Assembly (NCBI GenBank): GCA_913020665.1
Contig: CAJVZI010000004.1
Span: 855-64,854, forward strand
Source of the DNA: an uncultured bacterium
GTDB lineage: Bacteria; Fidelibacterota; Marinisomatia; Marinisomatales; UBA1611
Length of the DNA stretch: 64,000 bases
Reading direction: 5' to 3'
Shown here one piece after another: positions 49,045-58,030 of the stretch. The notes under the pieces are model-generated. The model saw nothing but the letters and a program-made list of their open reading frames with translations, ran no database searches and had not been told where the DNA came from. The number at the start of each line of letters is the position of its first letter. Within the stretch, counting starts at the first letter, position 1. The position numbers were made by a program, and so were the translations under genes.

Positions 49045-49865
49045 TGTCAATAGATCATGTATTAAAATTATATTCAAAGACAATTCAATCATCCTACCTG
49101 CATTATGGATTTTGGGATGATCCGGATTCGGTTAATATAGAATCTATTAACCTACAGGAAATTAAAAATGCGCAGACTAGATATATAGAGCATCTAGCCT
49201 CCTTTATACCTGATAAGGTCGAGCTCATTCTGGATGTTGGTTGCGGGATTGGCGGAAATGCTGAATTTCTTATTAATAAAGGCTTTAAAGTCGAGACCTT
49301 GTCTCCAGATGATTTCCAAAAAGAAGCTATTAATGAGAAATTTAATGGTGAGGTTTCATTTCACCATTGCAAATTTGAAAAATTCAAGCCGATAAAAAAA
49401 TATGATCTTATTTTGGAAAGTGAAAGTGCGTGCTATATAAATATTAATAAAGGATTTGAAAAAGCTGGACAGGCACTTCGTACATCGGGTTATCTTTTAG
49501 CATCAGATTATTTCATTCATTATAGAGATAACTTGAAAAGTCCACATCTACGTTCATCTCATGATATGGAAAAATATTTAAATAGTGCAAAACAATATGG
49601 TTTTGAGCTCCTTGAAAAGTATGACCAAACTGATAATACAATGCCAACTCTGGATTATGGCAAGTATTTTTATGAAAGGTTTATTGACCCGACAATTGAT
49701 TATGCTTCCTATTCATTACAAAAGAACTATCCAAAAACAGCAACAGTAATTAATAAATTAATAAAACCAAAGATTGCTGCAAAAAAAGAACAACTAGATC
49801 TATTAGATAGTGGGTTATTTAGGAAATATCGAAAATATATGATCTATTTATTTCAAAGAAAATAA
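49044..49865 (+). CDS. Class I SAM-dependent methyltransferase, substrate unknown
   Basis: 273 aa. HYGFW and motif I ILDVGCGIGGNA. Both ends share TAATG junctions with E2 and lipA. Confidence 0.7.
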   Translation: MSIDHVLKLYSKTIQSSYLHYGFWDDPDSVNIESINLQEIKNAQTRYIEHLASFIPDKVELILDVGCGIGGNAEFLINKGFKVETLSPDDFQKEAINEKFNGEVSFHHCKFEKFKPIKKYDLILESESACYININKGFEKAGQALRTSGYLLASDYFIHYRDNLKSPHLRSSHDMEKYLNSAKQYGFELLEKYDQTDNTMPTLDYGKYFYERFIDPTIDYASYSLQKNYPKTATVINKLIKPKIAAKKEQLDLLDSGLFRKYRKYMIYLFQRK

Positions 49866-50713
49866 TGACAAACGAATTAACTAAGACCAAAAAACCAAAA
49901 ATACGATTACAAATAACAAAGGGATATCAGTTTGTTAATGGCATTGTTCAAAACAACAAACTTAATACGGTGTGTGAAGAAGCAAGATGTCCGAATATTT
50001 ATGAATGTTGGGATAGACGTACTGCAACAATAATGATCTTGGGAGATATTTGTACTAGAGCGTGTGGCTTTTGTTCTGTGAAAACTGGTAAGCCATCTTG
50101 GGATGATCCATTAGAACCATATCGAACTGCTATGGCAGTCAAAAAGATGAATCTGAAGCATGTAGTAATAACATCAGTTGATAGAGATGATCTTAAAAAT
50201 GATTATGGTGCTTCCATTTGGGCAGAAACCATCAATCAGATACATGATAATGTTCCTGGATGTAATGTTGAAGTTTTGACTCCAGATTTTAAAGGTCATA
50301 GACCATCTCTTGAAAAAGTATTTCGCGCTGAACCGGAGATCTTTAGTCATAATGTTGAATGTGTTGAAAGAATAAGTAAACAAGTCAGAAGCCAAGCAAA
50401 TTGGCATAGAAGTTTGGATGTACTTAGACTATCTGTAGATAATAAATTGAAAACAAAAACAGGTATAATGGTTGGGCTTGGTGAGACCTTTAATGAAGTA
50501 GTGGATACAATGAAACAGGTTTCTCAAATAGGAGTAAAACTTTTTACGATAGGGCAATATCTGCAGCCAACAAAAAATCATCTTCCAGTAGCCAGATTTG
50601 TTGATGATAAAGAGTTTTTAGATTATGAGCATATAGGTATTGAAATGGGTTTTGACATAGTTAAATCAGGTTCGCTCGTTCGGAGTTCATATCATGCAGA
50701 TGAATTTATTTAA
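49865..50713 (+). CDS. lipA: Lipoyl synthase
   Basis: 282 aa with CEEARCPNIYEC and radical-SAM CTRACGFC clusters. Confidence 0.92.
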   Translation: MTNELTKTKKPKIRLQITKGYQFVNGIVQNNKLNTVCEEARCPNIYECWDRRTATIMILGDICTRACGFCSVKTGKPSWDDPLEPYRTAMAVKKMNLKHVVITSVDRDDLKNDYGASIWAETINQIHDNVPGCNVEVLTPDFKGHRPSLEKVFRAEPEIFSHNVECVERISKQVRSQANWHRSLDVLRLSVDNKLKTKTGIMVGLGETFNEVVDTMKQVSQIGVKLFTIGQYLQPTKNHLPVARFVDDKEFLDYEHIGIEMGFDIVKSGSLVRSSYHADEFI

Positions 50714-50787
50714 TTATAATATACAATAGTGCGCCATATTGGCGTATAACATTATTTATGCAAGACGATTCATCATATGTGAAACTT

Positions 50788-50796
50788 TGGTATAAT
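50788..50796 (+). promoter_or_regulatory. Possible extended -10 element (TGGTATAAT) upstream of lon
   Basis: The TGnTATAAT match lies 44 nt upstream of the lon ATG. There is no convincing -35, and this lineage may use a different promoter consensus. Confidence 0.25.
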
Positions 50797-50839
50797 CCTT
50801 GTAATTTTCCTATTGATTATTTATTTATAAAGGACACAT

Positions 50840-53245
50840 ATGGCTGAAAAACTATCAGAAAAAGAAATTGAAAATTTTAATATAAGCGATACTGATAAGT
50901 ATCCTGTAATGCCATTAAGAAATACGGTATTATTTCCTCAGCAGGTGATCCCGATTTATATTGGTAGAGATCGCAGCCTCAAATTGATAAATGATCTGGA
51001 TCCTAAAAAACGCTATATTGTAGTTGTTGCCCAAGAAGACGGTTCTATAGAAGATCCAAAGCCAGAAGACCTTTATGCATATGGTACACTTGCACAGGTT
51101 CTTAAGGTGTTTGATATGCCTGATAATAGTAAATCAGCGATCGTCCAAGGAATATCCAGAGTTAAGGTGTTAGAATATACCAAACACGAGCCTTACTTCA
51201 CCGCCGCAGTCCAATCTGTAGATGATCAGCCAATCACTGACCAACTAGAGGTTGATGCCTTGACAACCAATTTAAGACAAGCTTTTGAAGATCTTATGAA
51301 GGTGGCGCCTAACCTAACTGAAGAGCATTCTGGAATGTTAAAAAATATTCAAAAGCCAAATCGTCTAACTGATCGTGCAATATCAGTTATCACGATATCT
51401 AATCAGGAAAAGCAAGAGATTCTTGAGGAATTAGATATTAAAATGAGAATGGAAAAAGCTCTCAACTTAATTTCTCGAGAGATACAACGCATAAAATTAG
51501 GAGAAGAAATCCAATCCGAGGTCCATGATGAGATCACTAAAACACAAAGGGAATATTATCTTCGTGAACAGATGAAGGCTATTAAAAAAGAGCTTGGAGA
51601 AGATGAAGGGACTGTTGAATTAAAAGAATTAGAGGATAAGATCAAAGCAGCAAACATGCCAGAAGAATCTGAAAAAGTTGCAATGAAAGAGTTGGACAGA
51701 TTATCTAGGATTCCAACCCAATCTCCAGAATATAATGTTTCAAGAACATATATTGATTGGCTTGTTGACCTTCCATGGAGTGATAGTACGGAAGATCGAA
51801 TTGATCTTAAAGAGGCAATGAAGATCTTAGATGAAGATCATTATGGACTTGAAAAAGTAAAGGAAAGGATAATTGAATACCTAGCTGTCAGAAATCTTAA
51901 ACAGCAGAAAGACCCTGATGGTACAGTTAGAGGACCAATATTGTGTTTTGGTGGACCTCCGGGAGTAGGAAAAACCTCTCTAGGAAAATCTATTGCACGT
52001 TCAATGGGTCGTGAATTTGTACGTTTATCTTTAGGGGGTGTAAGAGATGAAGCAGAAATACGCGGGCACCGCCGTACCTACATTGGAGCACTTCCCGGTC
52101 GCGTTATCCAAAGTATAAAAAAAGCTGGTAAGAATAACCCTGTGTTTATGCTTGATGAGATAGATAAGCTTGGGTCAGATTTCAGAGGTGATCCTTCATC
52201 CGCATTACTGGAGGTACTAGACCCTGAGCAAAATCATTCTTTCAGCGATCATTATTTAGAAGTTGATTTTGATCTTAGTAATGTTATGTTTATTGCGACA
52301 GCAAATTATCAAGATGCGATACCTCCTGCTTTAAGAGACAGAATGGAGATCTTAGATTTTTCTGGATATATTGAGGATGAGAAAATACAAATTGCAAAAC
52401 GCCACATTCTTCCAAAGCAAATTGAAGAGAATGGACTTACAAAAGATCAGGTCACTTTTGATGCTGGATCTATTAAAGAGCTGGTTCGATCTTATACAAG
52501 AGAAGCAGGTGTAAGGAATCTCGAACGCGAAGTTGCAAATGTATTAAGAAAAGTAGCACGTGATCTTGTTGAATCAGATATTGAGAAGATAAAGGTCAAT
52601 AGGAAGAAAGTTGGTGAATATCTAGGAGCACCTAGATTCCATTCTGAATTAGCAGAAAGAACCACAAAGCCAGGAGTAGTTACTGGCCTTGCTTGGACAG
52701 CTGCGGGTGGTGATATTTTATTTGTTGAGTCTACTTTGATGAATGGTAAAGGTAAATTAACACTAACAGGTCAATTAGGAGATGTGATGAAAGAATCAGC
52801 CACAGCAGCATTGACCTTTGTAAGAGCAAATGCGAATGATTTTGATATTGACCCAGAATTCAATGAGAATTCTGATATACATGTTCACGTTCCTGCTGGA
52901 GCAATCCCAAAAGATGGACCTTCTGCGGGTGTAAGTATGGTCACTTCCTTGGTGTCTTTATTAAAGGGTATTCCAGTTAAAGAAAAAGTAGCAATGACAG
53001 GAGAGATCACTCTTAGAGGTAATGTGCTACCAATTGGGGGAGTTAAAGAAAAAGTAACAGCTGCACATCGTTCTGGAATAAAAGAGATAATTCTCCCAGA
53101 TCATAATCGTAAAGACCTTGAAGATGTACCAGAACATGTAGCAAAAGATCTTACTTTTCATTTTGCAAAAGAAATAAAAGATGTATTAAAGGTCGCAATT
53201 CCGGGTATTTTTAAAACAATAAAAAAATCTAATAATTCGCATTAG
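50840..53245 (+). CDS. lon: ATP-dependent Lon protease
   Basis: 801 aa. Walker A GPPGVGKTS, catalytic PKDGPSAG Ser, GGVKEKV Lys. Confidence 0.95.
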   Translation: MAEKLSEKEIENFNISDTDKYPVMPLRNTVLFPQQVIPIYIGRDRSLKLINDLDPKKRYIVVVAQEDGSIEDPKPEDLYAYGTLAQVLKVFDMPDNSKSAIVQGISRVKVLEYTKHEPYFTAAVQSVDDQPITDQLEVDALTTNLRQAFEDLMKVAPNLTEEHSGMLKNIQKPNRLTDRAISVITISNQEKQEILEELDIKMRMEKALNLISREIQRIKLGEEIQSEVHDEITKTQREYYLREQMKAIKKELGEDEGTVELKELEDKIKAANMPEESEKVAMKELDRLSRIPTQSPEYNVSRTYIDWLVDLPWSDSTEDRIDLKEAMKILDEDHYGLEKVKERIIEYLAVRNLKQQKDPDGTVRGPILCFGGPPGVGKTSLGKSIARSMGREFVRLSLGGVRDEAEIRGHRRTYIGALPGRVIQSIKKAGKNNPVFMLDEIDKLGSDFRGDPSSALLEVLDPEQNHSFSDHYLEVDFDLSNVMFIATANYQDAIPPALRDRMEILDFSGYIEDEKIQIAKRHILPKQIEENGLTKDQVTFDAGSIKELVRSYTREAGVRNLEREVANVLRKVARDLVESDIEKIKVNRKKVGEYLGAPRFHSELAERTTKPGVVTGLAWTAAGGDILFVESTLMNGKGKLTLTGQLGDVMKESATAALTFVRANANDFDIDPEFNENSDIHVHVPAGAIPKDGPSAGVSMVTSLVSLLKGIPVKEKVAMTGEITLRGNVLPIGGVKEKVTAAHRSGIKEIILPDHNRKDLEDVPEHVAKDLTFHFAKEIKDVLKVAIPGIFKTIKKSNNSH

Positions 53246-53274
53246 AAATAATTAATATTCCCGACCCTATATAT

Positions 53275-53348
53275 GGGCGATTAGCTCAGTTGGTTAGAGC
53301 ACTGCGTTTACACCGCAGGTGTCGGGAGTTCGAATCTCTCATCGCCCA
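53275..53348 (+). tRNA. tRNA-Val (anticodon UAC)
   Basis: GGGCGATTAGCTCAGTTGGTTAGAGCACTGCGTTTACACCGCAGGTGTCGGGAGTTCGAATCTCTCATCGCCCA folds as a 74-nt cloverleaf. Anticodon loop is UUUACAC. CCA is not encoded. Confidence 0.9.
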
Positions 53349-53390
53349 CTGATGCAAATGAAAAAATATTACGTAAAGGAAAAATAGATA

Positions 53391-53600
53391 ATGTCGGATA
53401 AAAAAGAAGGAACCGTCAAATGGTTCAATAATTCAAAAGGCTATGGCTTTATTCAGGTTGAAGGAGAAAAAGATTATTTCGTTCATATGAATGAGATCCT
53501 CATGGAGGGCTTTAAAACTCTTGCAGAAAACCAGAAAGTTGAATTTGAAGTAGGTGAAGGACCAAAAGGTCCTGTTGCAAAGAAGGTTGTCCCTCTTTAA
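53391..53600 (+). CDS. cspA: Cold-shock protein (CspA family)
   Basis: 69 aa. [15 protein letters not shown] (RNP-1) and DYFVH (RNP-2). Confidence 0.92.
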   Translation: MSDKKEGTVKWFNNSKGYGFIQVEGEKDYFVHMNEILMEGFKTLAENQKVEFEVGEGPKGPVAKKVVPL

Positions 53601-53620
53601 AACCTTGGTTCCAATTAATA

Positions 53621-53650
53621 AAAAAACCACTTCTTTGAAGTGGTTTTTTT
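53621..53650 (+). terminator. Rho-independent terminator after cspA (bidirectional-looking)
   Basis: A6-CCACTTC-TTT-GAAGTGG-T7, a perfect 7-bp stem with a 3-nt loop and a U7 tail. Confidence 0.8.
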
Positions 53651-53664
53651 ATGTCATTAGTAAG

Positions 53665-54900
53665 ATGAATAAAAAAAATATCGCAACAAAATTACTTTCA
53701 ATATTTTTCTGGATTTCAATACCATTTGCTCAAATAGAGTTTCATGTTACTTGGACGCCTTATGTAACATATTATCTAAGTATGGTTGATATAAATACAG
53801 GGGAATCTAATATGCCAATTTTCATGGCAGAATTAAGTCGAGAAGATGCTAATGCTACACAACCAGTAAATGTTGATATTGAATTTGAGATCATTATTGA
53901 CTCTGATGCTCTAGGAGTTGAAAATGAAACATTGGTAAGAGTTGAAACGACTCAACCATTACAATTAACGGCTCCGATTCACCTAACAAATATGGATTTG
54001 AATCTTTCTACAGATATGTTATTTGATACTGAAGGAAATCAGGTAGAATTAAATCTAGACATTACGGAACAGATGGATCTTACTGAAGCCGAACAAATGA
54101 TGAGCTTGATCGTACAGACGGGGCAACTTCCTAATGGCATATATACATTTCGTGTAATTGCTACTGCTGAGAATGGACAGCAAATTATTAGGGAAGATAT
54201 TCTAAATATCTCTAATCCAGAGCTTCTCCAGTTAGTGTCTCCTGGGGGTATATTAGCGGATACGACGATAAATGAAGTTTATACATCCTATCCTGTATTT
54301 CAATGGGAGTCTGATCCTTGTAATTACATTGACCCATCTACTGGTGAAAGCGGTTGTCAGTATTTTATTAGAGTTGCTGAATTCAGATCAGATGAACATG
54401 CGTCTGTTGATCAAGCAATTGAATCAGTTACAAGATTGCCATTAGACCAGTCCTTAGGTTTTCAACAGGTTGGATTTGGTATGACCACCTTCCAATATCC
54501 AACAGATGGAGGTGATCTAGAGCCAGGTAAGGTTTATGTATGGCAGATACGTAAGGATATTGTTACGACCGTTGGTACTGAAGAATTATTAAGTGATATC
54601 ATGGCATTCAAGATAAAAGATTTTGCATCAACAGAAAGCGATGAAGTCGATATGGAAGACACTTCACCTATTGGTATTGTTTTGAGATCACTTATGGGAG
54701 ATGCCCTAGCAGATAGAATTTTTGGTCCTGGTGGACAAGCTGAAGGTATGGTACCTAATGGTAATATTACGTTGAATGGTGAAAATATAGATCTATCAAC
54801 CGTCCAGTCAATATTATCATCAGGAATCTCTACCATAGATGAAGATGGGAATGAGACCTTTAAGCAAATTGAAGTTATTTCTGTCGAGGTCTCAGAATGA
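53665..54900 (+). CDS. Secreted beta-rich protein, function unknown (first gene of three-gene envelope module)
   Basis: The ATG at 53665 gives the signal peptide MNKKNIATKLLSIFFWISIPFAQ. The longer track ORF (53554) would run through the cspA terminator. Confidence 0.6.
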   Translation: MNKKNIATKLLSIFFWISIPFAQIEFHVTWTPYVTYYLSMVDINTGESNMPIFMAELSREDANATQPVNVDIEFEIIIDSDALGVENETLVRVETTQPLQLTAPIHLTNMDLNLSTDMLFDTEGNQVELNLDITEQMDLTEAEQMMSLIVQTGQLPNGIYTFRVIATAENGQQIIREDILNISNPELLQLVSPGGILADTTINEVYTSYPVFQWESDPCNYIDPSTGESGCQYFIRVAEFRSDEHASVDQAIESVTRLPLDQSLGFQQVGFGMTTFQYPTDGGDLEPGKVYVWQIRKDIVTTVGTEELLSDIMAFKIKDFASTESDEVDMEDTSPIGIVLRSLMGDALADRIFGPGGQAEGMVPNGNITLNGENIDLSTVQSILSSGISTIDEDGNETFKQIEVISVEVSE

Positions 54901-55568
54901 AAAATTTACTTGTAATTATCTTAAGTGCTGTTACCGTTATATCTGCATCTTCTAAAGTAGCCATTGCTATAAAGACAAAAGGTGATGTTTCTATTATTCA
55001 CAAGGGATTGAATACTGCACAGGCTTTGAAACCTGGCTCTCCTTTAAGTGACCAAGATAAGATAAGGACCGGTAAAAACGGCTTTGTTGCAATTATGTAC
55101 CTTGATGATAAGACAGTATTAAAAATGCTTGGCAATTCAGACATGACCATTTTGGGTCAACGCTCTGGTGTTAAGATCAATAAATCTATAGATATCAAAT
55201 ATGGCAGGATCGCTGCAGCTGTTACTCCACAAAAAGGTAAAGAGTTTATGATAGCCACTCCAACTTCTGTTGCATCTGTCAAAGGGACTGAGCTAGCAAT
55301 TGATTCAGATCCCTCAACCGGTGATTCTTTCACTCTTATTGAAGGATTGATAGAAGTAACCAATAATCTTACTGGCGAAACAACCGAAGTCCAACAAGGT
55401 GAGACAGCTGTCTCAACCCCTGAAGGTTCTCTAGAGGTAAATAATACAACACAAGGAGACCTAGAAGGTTTTGAAGAAGCTGATATGCAGGTATCCACTC
55501 AAGAATTAAGATTTGAGGTGGAAGATGAGAATGGAAATACCAAAGAGATCATAATAAAATTTCAATAA
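54897..55568 (+). CDS. Secreted FecR-domain protein (no anti-sigma/TM region; LipL45-like)
   Basis: 223 aa with a signal peptide. DKIRTGKNGFVAIMYLDDKTVLKM, FMIATPTSVASVKGTELAI and LIEGLIEVTN. ATGA overlap with the upstream gene. Confidence 0.6.
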   Translation: MKNLLVIILSAVTVISASSKVAIAIKTKGDVSIIHKGLNTAQALKPGSPLSDQDKIRTGKNGFVAIMYLDDKTVLKMLGNSDMTILGQRSGVKINKSIDIKYGRIAAAVTPQKGKEFMIATPTSVASVKGTELAIDSDPSTGDSFTLIEGLIEVTNNLTGETTEVQQGETAVSTPEGSLEVNNTTQGDLEGFEEADMQVSTQELRFEVEDENGNTKEIIIKFQ

Positions 55569-55572
55569 GTAC

Positions 55573-57825
55573 ATGATCTATAAATATATTTTGTTTCTTC
55601 TGTATTCTCTTGTTTTAATGACAAATGTTATTTTTGGTCAATCAGGTATTTTGATACTGAGTCCAGAACCAAGATCAGAGATATCTGGAGAAAATGTTCT
55701 GATCGCAGTCTCTCTTATTGGCGCTAACGACCTTGACCATAATTCTATCACATTATTATTAGATGGTTCGGATATAACCGATCAGGCTTACGTTGATTCT
55801 GATATGTTAAGTTGTTTACTTGACCAGGTTGATCCGGGACAGCATAAAGTAAACCTTATAGTTGATGGTATGAGCCAACCTGTCATTTGGGACTTTATAA
55901 CAACTTCTAAAGATCCAACAGTTAATTATTCAGGAAAGATCAGGTCAAGTAATAGCATGGATCAGGTCGATAACCAGACATTAAATATCAATAAATTGAC
56001 TCTTGATTTTAAGGGTTCAGCCTTTGAGTGGCTCAGTTTTAGGACCAATCTTAAAATGACGAGTCAAGAGAATCAACTTTATCAACCTAGAAACATCTAT
56101 GGATTTAGTATGGGTGTTAAAGATATTTTGAGTATAAATATGGGAGACTCCAATCCCAGAATGTCTCACTATACTATGAATGGTAAGAGGATCAGAGGGC
56201 TAGACCTTAACCTAAAATTTGGATTATTAAATTTCCATTTTGTACAAGGTGAGATAAATCGTGCTATACAAGGTGATCCGTCCAGAGCATATTCGTATGA
56301 TATAAATACGGATATGGTAGGGGACAAATATATTGCACTCAGTCGTGCTGGCTATACCTTTCAACAAAATGTAACCTCTGCAAGATTAGCTATTGGTCGG
56401 GGAGAAATATTTCAATGGGGGTTGAGCTTAATGAAAGCCCGTGATGATACTAATAGTGTCGATCAAGAACTATCTAATGCAGAAATAATTTATTCCCCAG
56501 ACATTACTGGGTCCATTGATGGACTAGACTCTGGAATGGTATACACTATTGATGAATTAGGAACAAGGGCACAAATACTTGATGGGAAAGACTGGTCTGG
56601 TAATGGACCAAAGGATAACCTAGTTATCAGTTCAGACCTGGGGCTAAATCTCTTTAGTAAGCGACTGCGAATTGATGGTGAGGTTGCTTTTAGTATGACC
56701 AATAATAATATATGGGGTGGCCCACTTACTCTTGCAGAGTTAGATACTCTTATTGATGATTCTGTTGATAATAAACTTTCTAGTTTTGATCTAAGTAGTT
56801 TTCCTGACCCAGCAGATTATGAGCAGTATTTGATCATTAATTCAAATCTGGCACCTTTGGTTCCAATTGATATAAATGCTTTTGGTGATAATAGTACAAT
56901 AGATCTTGTGGATGCTATATTTTCTATGCCATCCCTTGCCTATCGTGGAAGAGCGATCACAAATTTTTATGGTAATTATCTAGCACTCGAGTACAGTCAA
57001 GTCGGTTCAGAATTCAATTCATTAGCGAACCCATATATTGTGAAAAATAAACGGGAGTGGTCCATAACTGATAAATTTAAATTATTTAATAATAGGCTCA
57101 TGTTGAATATTGGCTATAAGCATCAAGATGATGATATATTAACATCTGTTGAGAATGTAAAGACTCAAAATACCCTCTCTTTTGGTTTTAATGCTGTGCC
57201 AGGGCCAGGGCTTCCTACAATAAATTTCAATTATCGTTCTATTAATAGAGATAATGGTATTGACCAGATAGTGCAATTAACCGATACGACATATACTGAT
57301 AATAGAGAAAAAACACATACTAATAATATAATGGTCAATTTGAATCATCGTTTTGATCTATTATGGGATCATTCTTTAAGTGGAACATTTGTCAATGTTG
57401 AAAAAGAGGATAAATACACTGATCGTTCACAATTGTTTGTCGACCCGTCCATTTCGACCCAAGTTATCAATGTATCCTTGTCAACACGGTATAACTCGCC
57501 ATTGGAAACAAGGATAAATATCACAACAAACTCTAGTGAATTAAGTACGGGACCAGGACAAAGAGGTTCGCAAGATTTCCTTAATATGGGTATTGATGCA
57601 AATTATCCTTTTTTAAAAAAACGATTACTAGTAAGCAGTGGGCTTAGCTTTGCAAATGGCACGGGAATGGTTGATATGTCTTGGCTAGGCTTCAAAGCTG
57701 GTTTACGTTGGAGTATTCTTGAAGATCTTAGCCTGAACACCCAAGGTGAATTCAGATCAAAAGAGACAAATGGTTCAAGCAAGAATACCATTATTGCAAG
57801 GATGAACCTCGAATACTCATTTTGA
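55573..57825 (+). CDS. Putative outer-membrane beta-barrel protein with N-terminal Ig-like domain, function unknown
   Basis: 750 aa with a signal peptide. Alternating amphipathic beta-like segments. C-terminal ..ARMNLEYSF (terminal Phe, OMP beta-signal-like). Confidence 0.55.
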   Translation: MIYKYILFLLYSLVLMTNVIFGQSGILILSPEPRSEISGENVLIAVSLIGANDLDHNSITLLLDGSDITDQAYVDSDMLSCLLDQVDPGQHKVNLIVDGMSQPVIWDFITTSKDPTVNYSGKIRSSNSMDQVDNQTLNINKLTLDFKGSAFEWLSFRTNLKMTSQENQLYQPRNIYGFSMGVKDILSINMGDSNPRMSHYTMNGKRIRGLDLNLKFGLLNFHFVQGEINRAIQGDPSRAYSYDINTDMVGDKYIALSRAGYTFQQNVTSARLAIGRGEIFQWGLSLMKARDDTNSVDQELSNAEIIYSPDITGSIDGLDSGMVYTIDELGTRAQILDGKDWSGNGPKDNLVISSDLGLNLFSKRLRIDGEVAFSMTNNNIWGGPLTLAELDTLIDDSVDNKLSSFDLSSFPDPADYEQYLIINSNLAPLVPIDINAFGDNSTIDLVDAIFSMPSLAYRGRAITNFYGNYLALEYSQVGSEFNSLANPYIVKNKREWSITDKFKLFNNRLMLNIGYKHQDDDILTSVENVKTQNTLSFGFNAVPGPGLPTINFNYRSINRDNGIDQIVQLTDTTYTDNREKTHTNNIMVNLNHRFDLLWDHSLSGTFVNVEKEDKYTDRSQLFVDPSISTQVINVSLSTRYNSPLETRINITTNSSELSTGPGQRGSQDFLNMGIDANYPFLKKRLLVSSGLSFANGTGMVDMSWLGFKAGLRWSILEDLSLNTQGEFRSKETNGSSKNTIIARMNLEYSF

Positions 57826-58030
57826 CCTTGGTTTTATCAATAAATTGATAGAACTATTCTTAATAAAATAATTATTTGAAAAAAGTGATGATGGTCAAGG
57901 AACCCCACCTTGATAATTCTTCCTTTGATTATTTTACTTGCTCCAAATTAAAAATGATCCTGATCCCTCATTTAGAGTCTAATTTTATTTGCAGTTTATT
58001 TTAGCCAGCTTTACTCTTCACTATACAATT

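Noticed and set aside
50740-50757. A TGCGCCA-TAT-TGGCGTA hairpin after lipA, considered as a terminator.
   Set aside because: The stem is GC-containing, but the loop is only 3 nt and no U-run follows. It is kept only as a possible RNA structure.
53554-53664. N-terminal extension of the 448-aa track ORF, overlapping the end of cspA.
   Set aside because: The extension runs through the cspA coding end and its intrinsic terminator. The internal ATG at 53665 yields a textbook signal peptide.
54897-55568. The FecR domain, considered as evidence for an ECF-sigma/anti-sigma/TonB-transducer signalling system.
   Set aside because: The protein has a cleavable signal peptide instead of a cytoplasmic anti-sigma domain plus TM helix. 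No sigma-70 family gene or TonB-box transducer is adjacent.
57888-58004. A 38-codon ORF (MMVKEPHLDNSSFDYFTCSKLKMILIPHLESNFICSLF) in the 205-nt gap before the desaturase gene.
   Set aside because: It has no ribosome-binding site, no recognisable motif, and a length expected by chance. It is not supportable as a gene.
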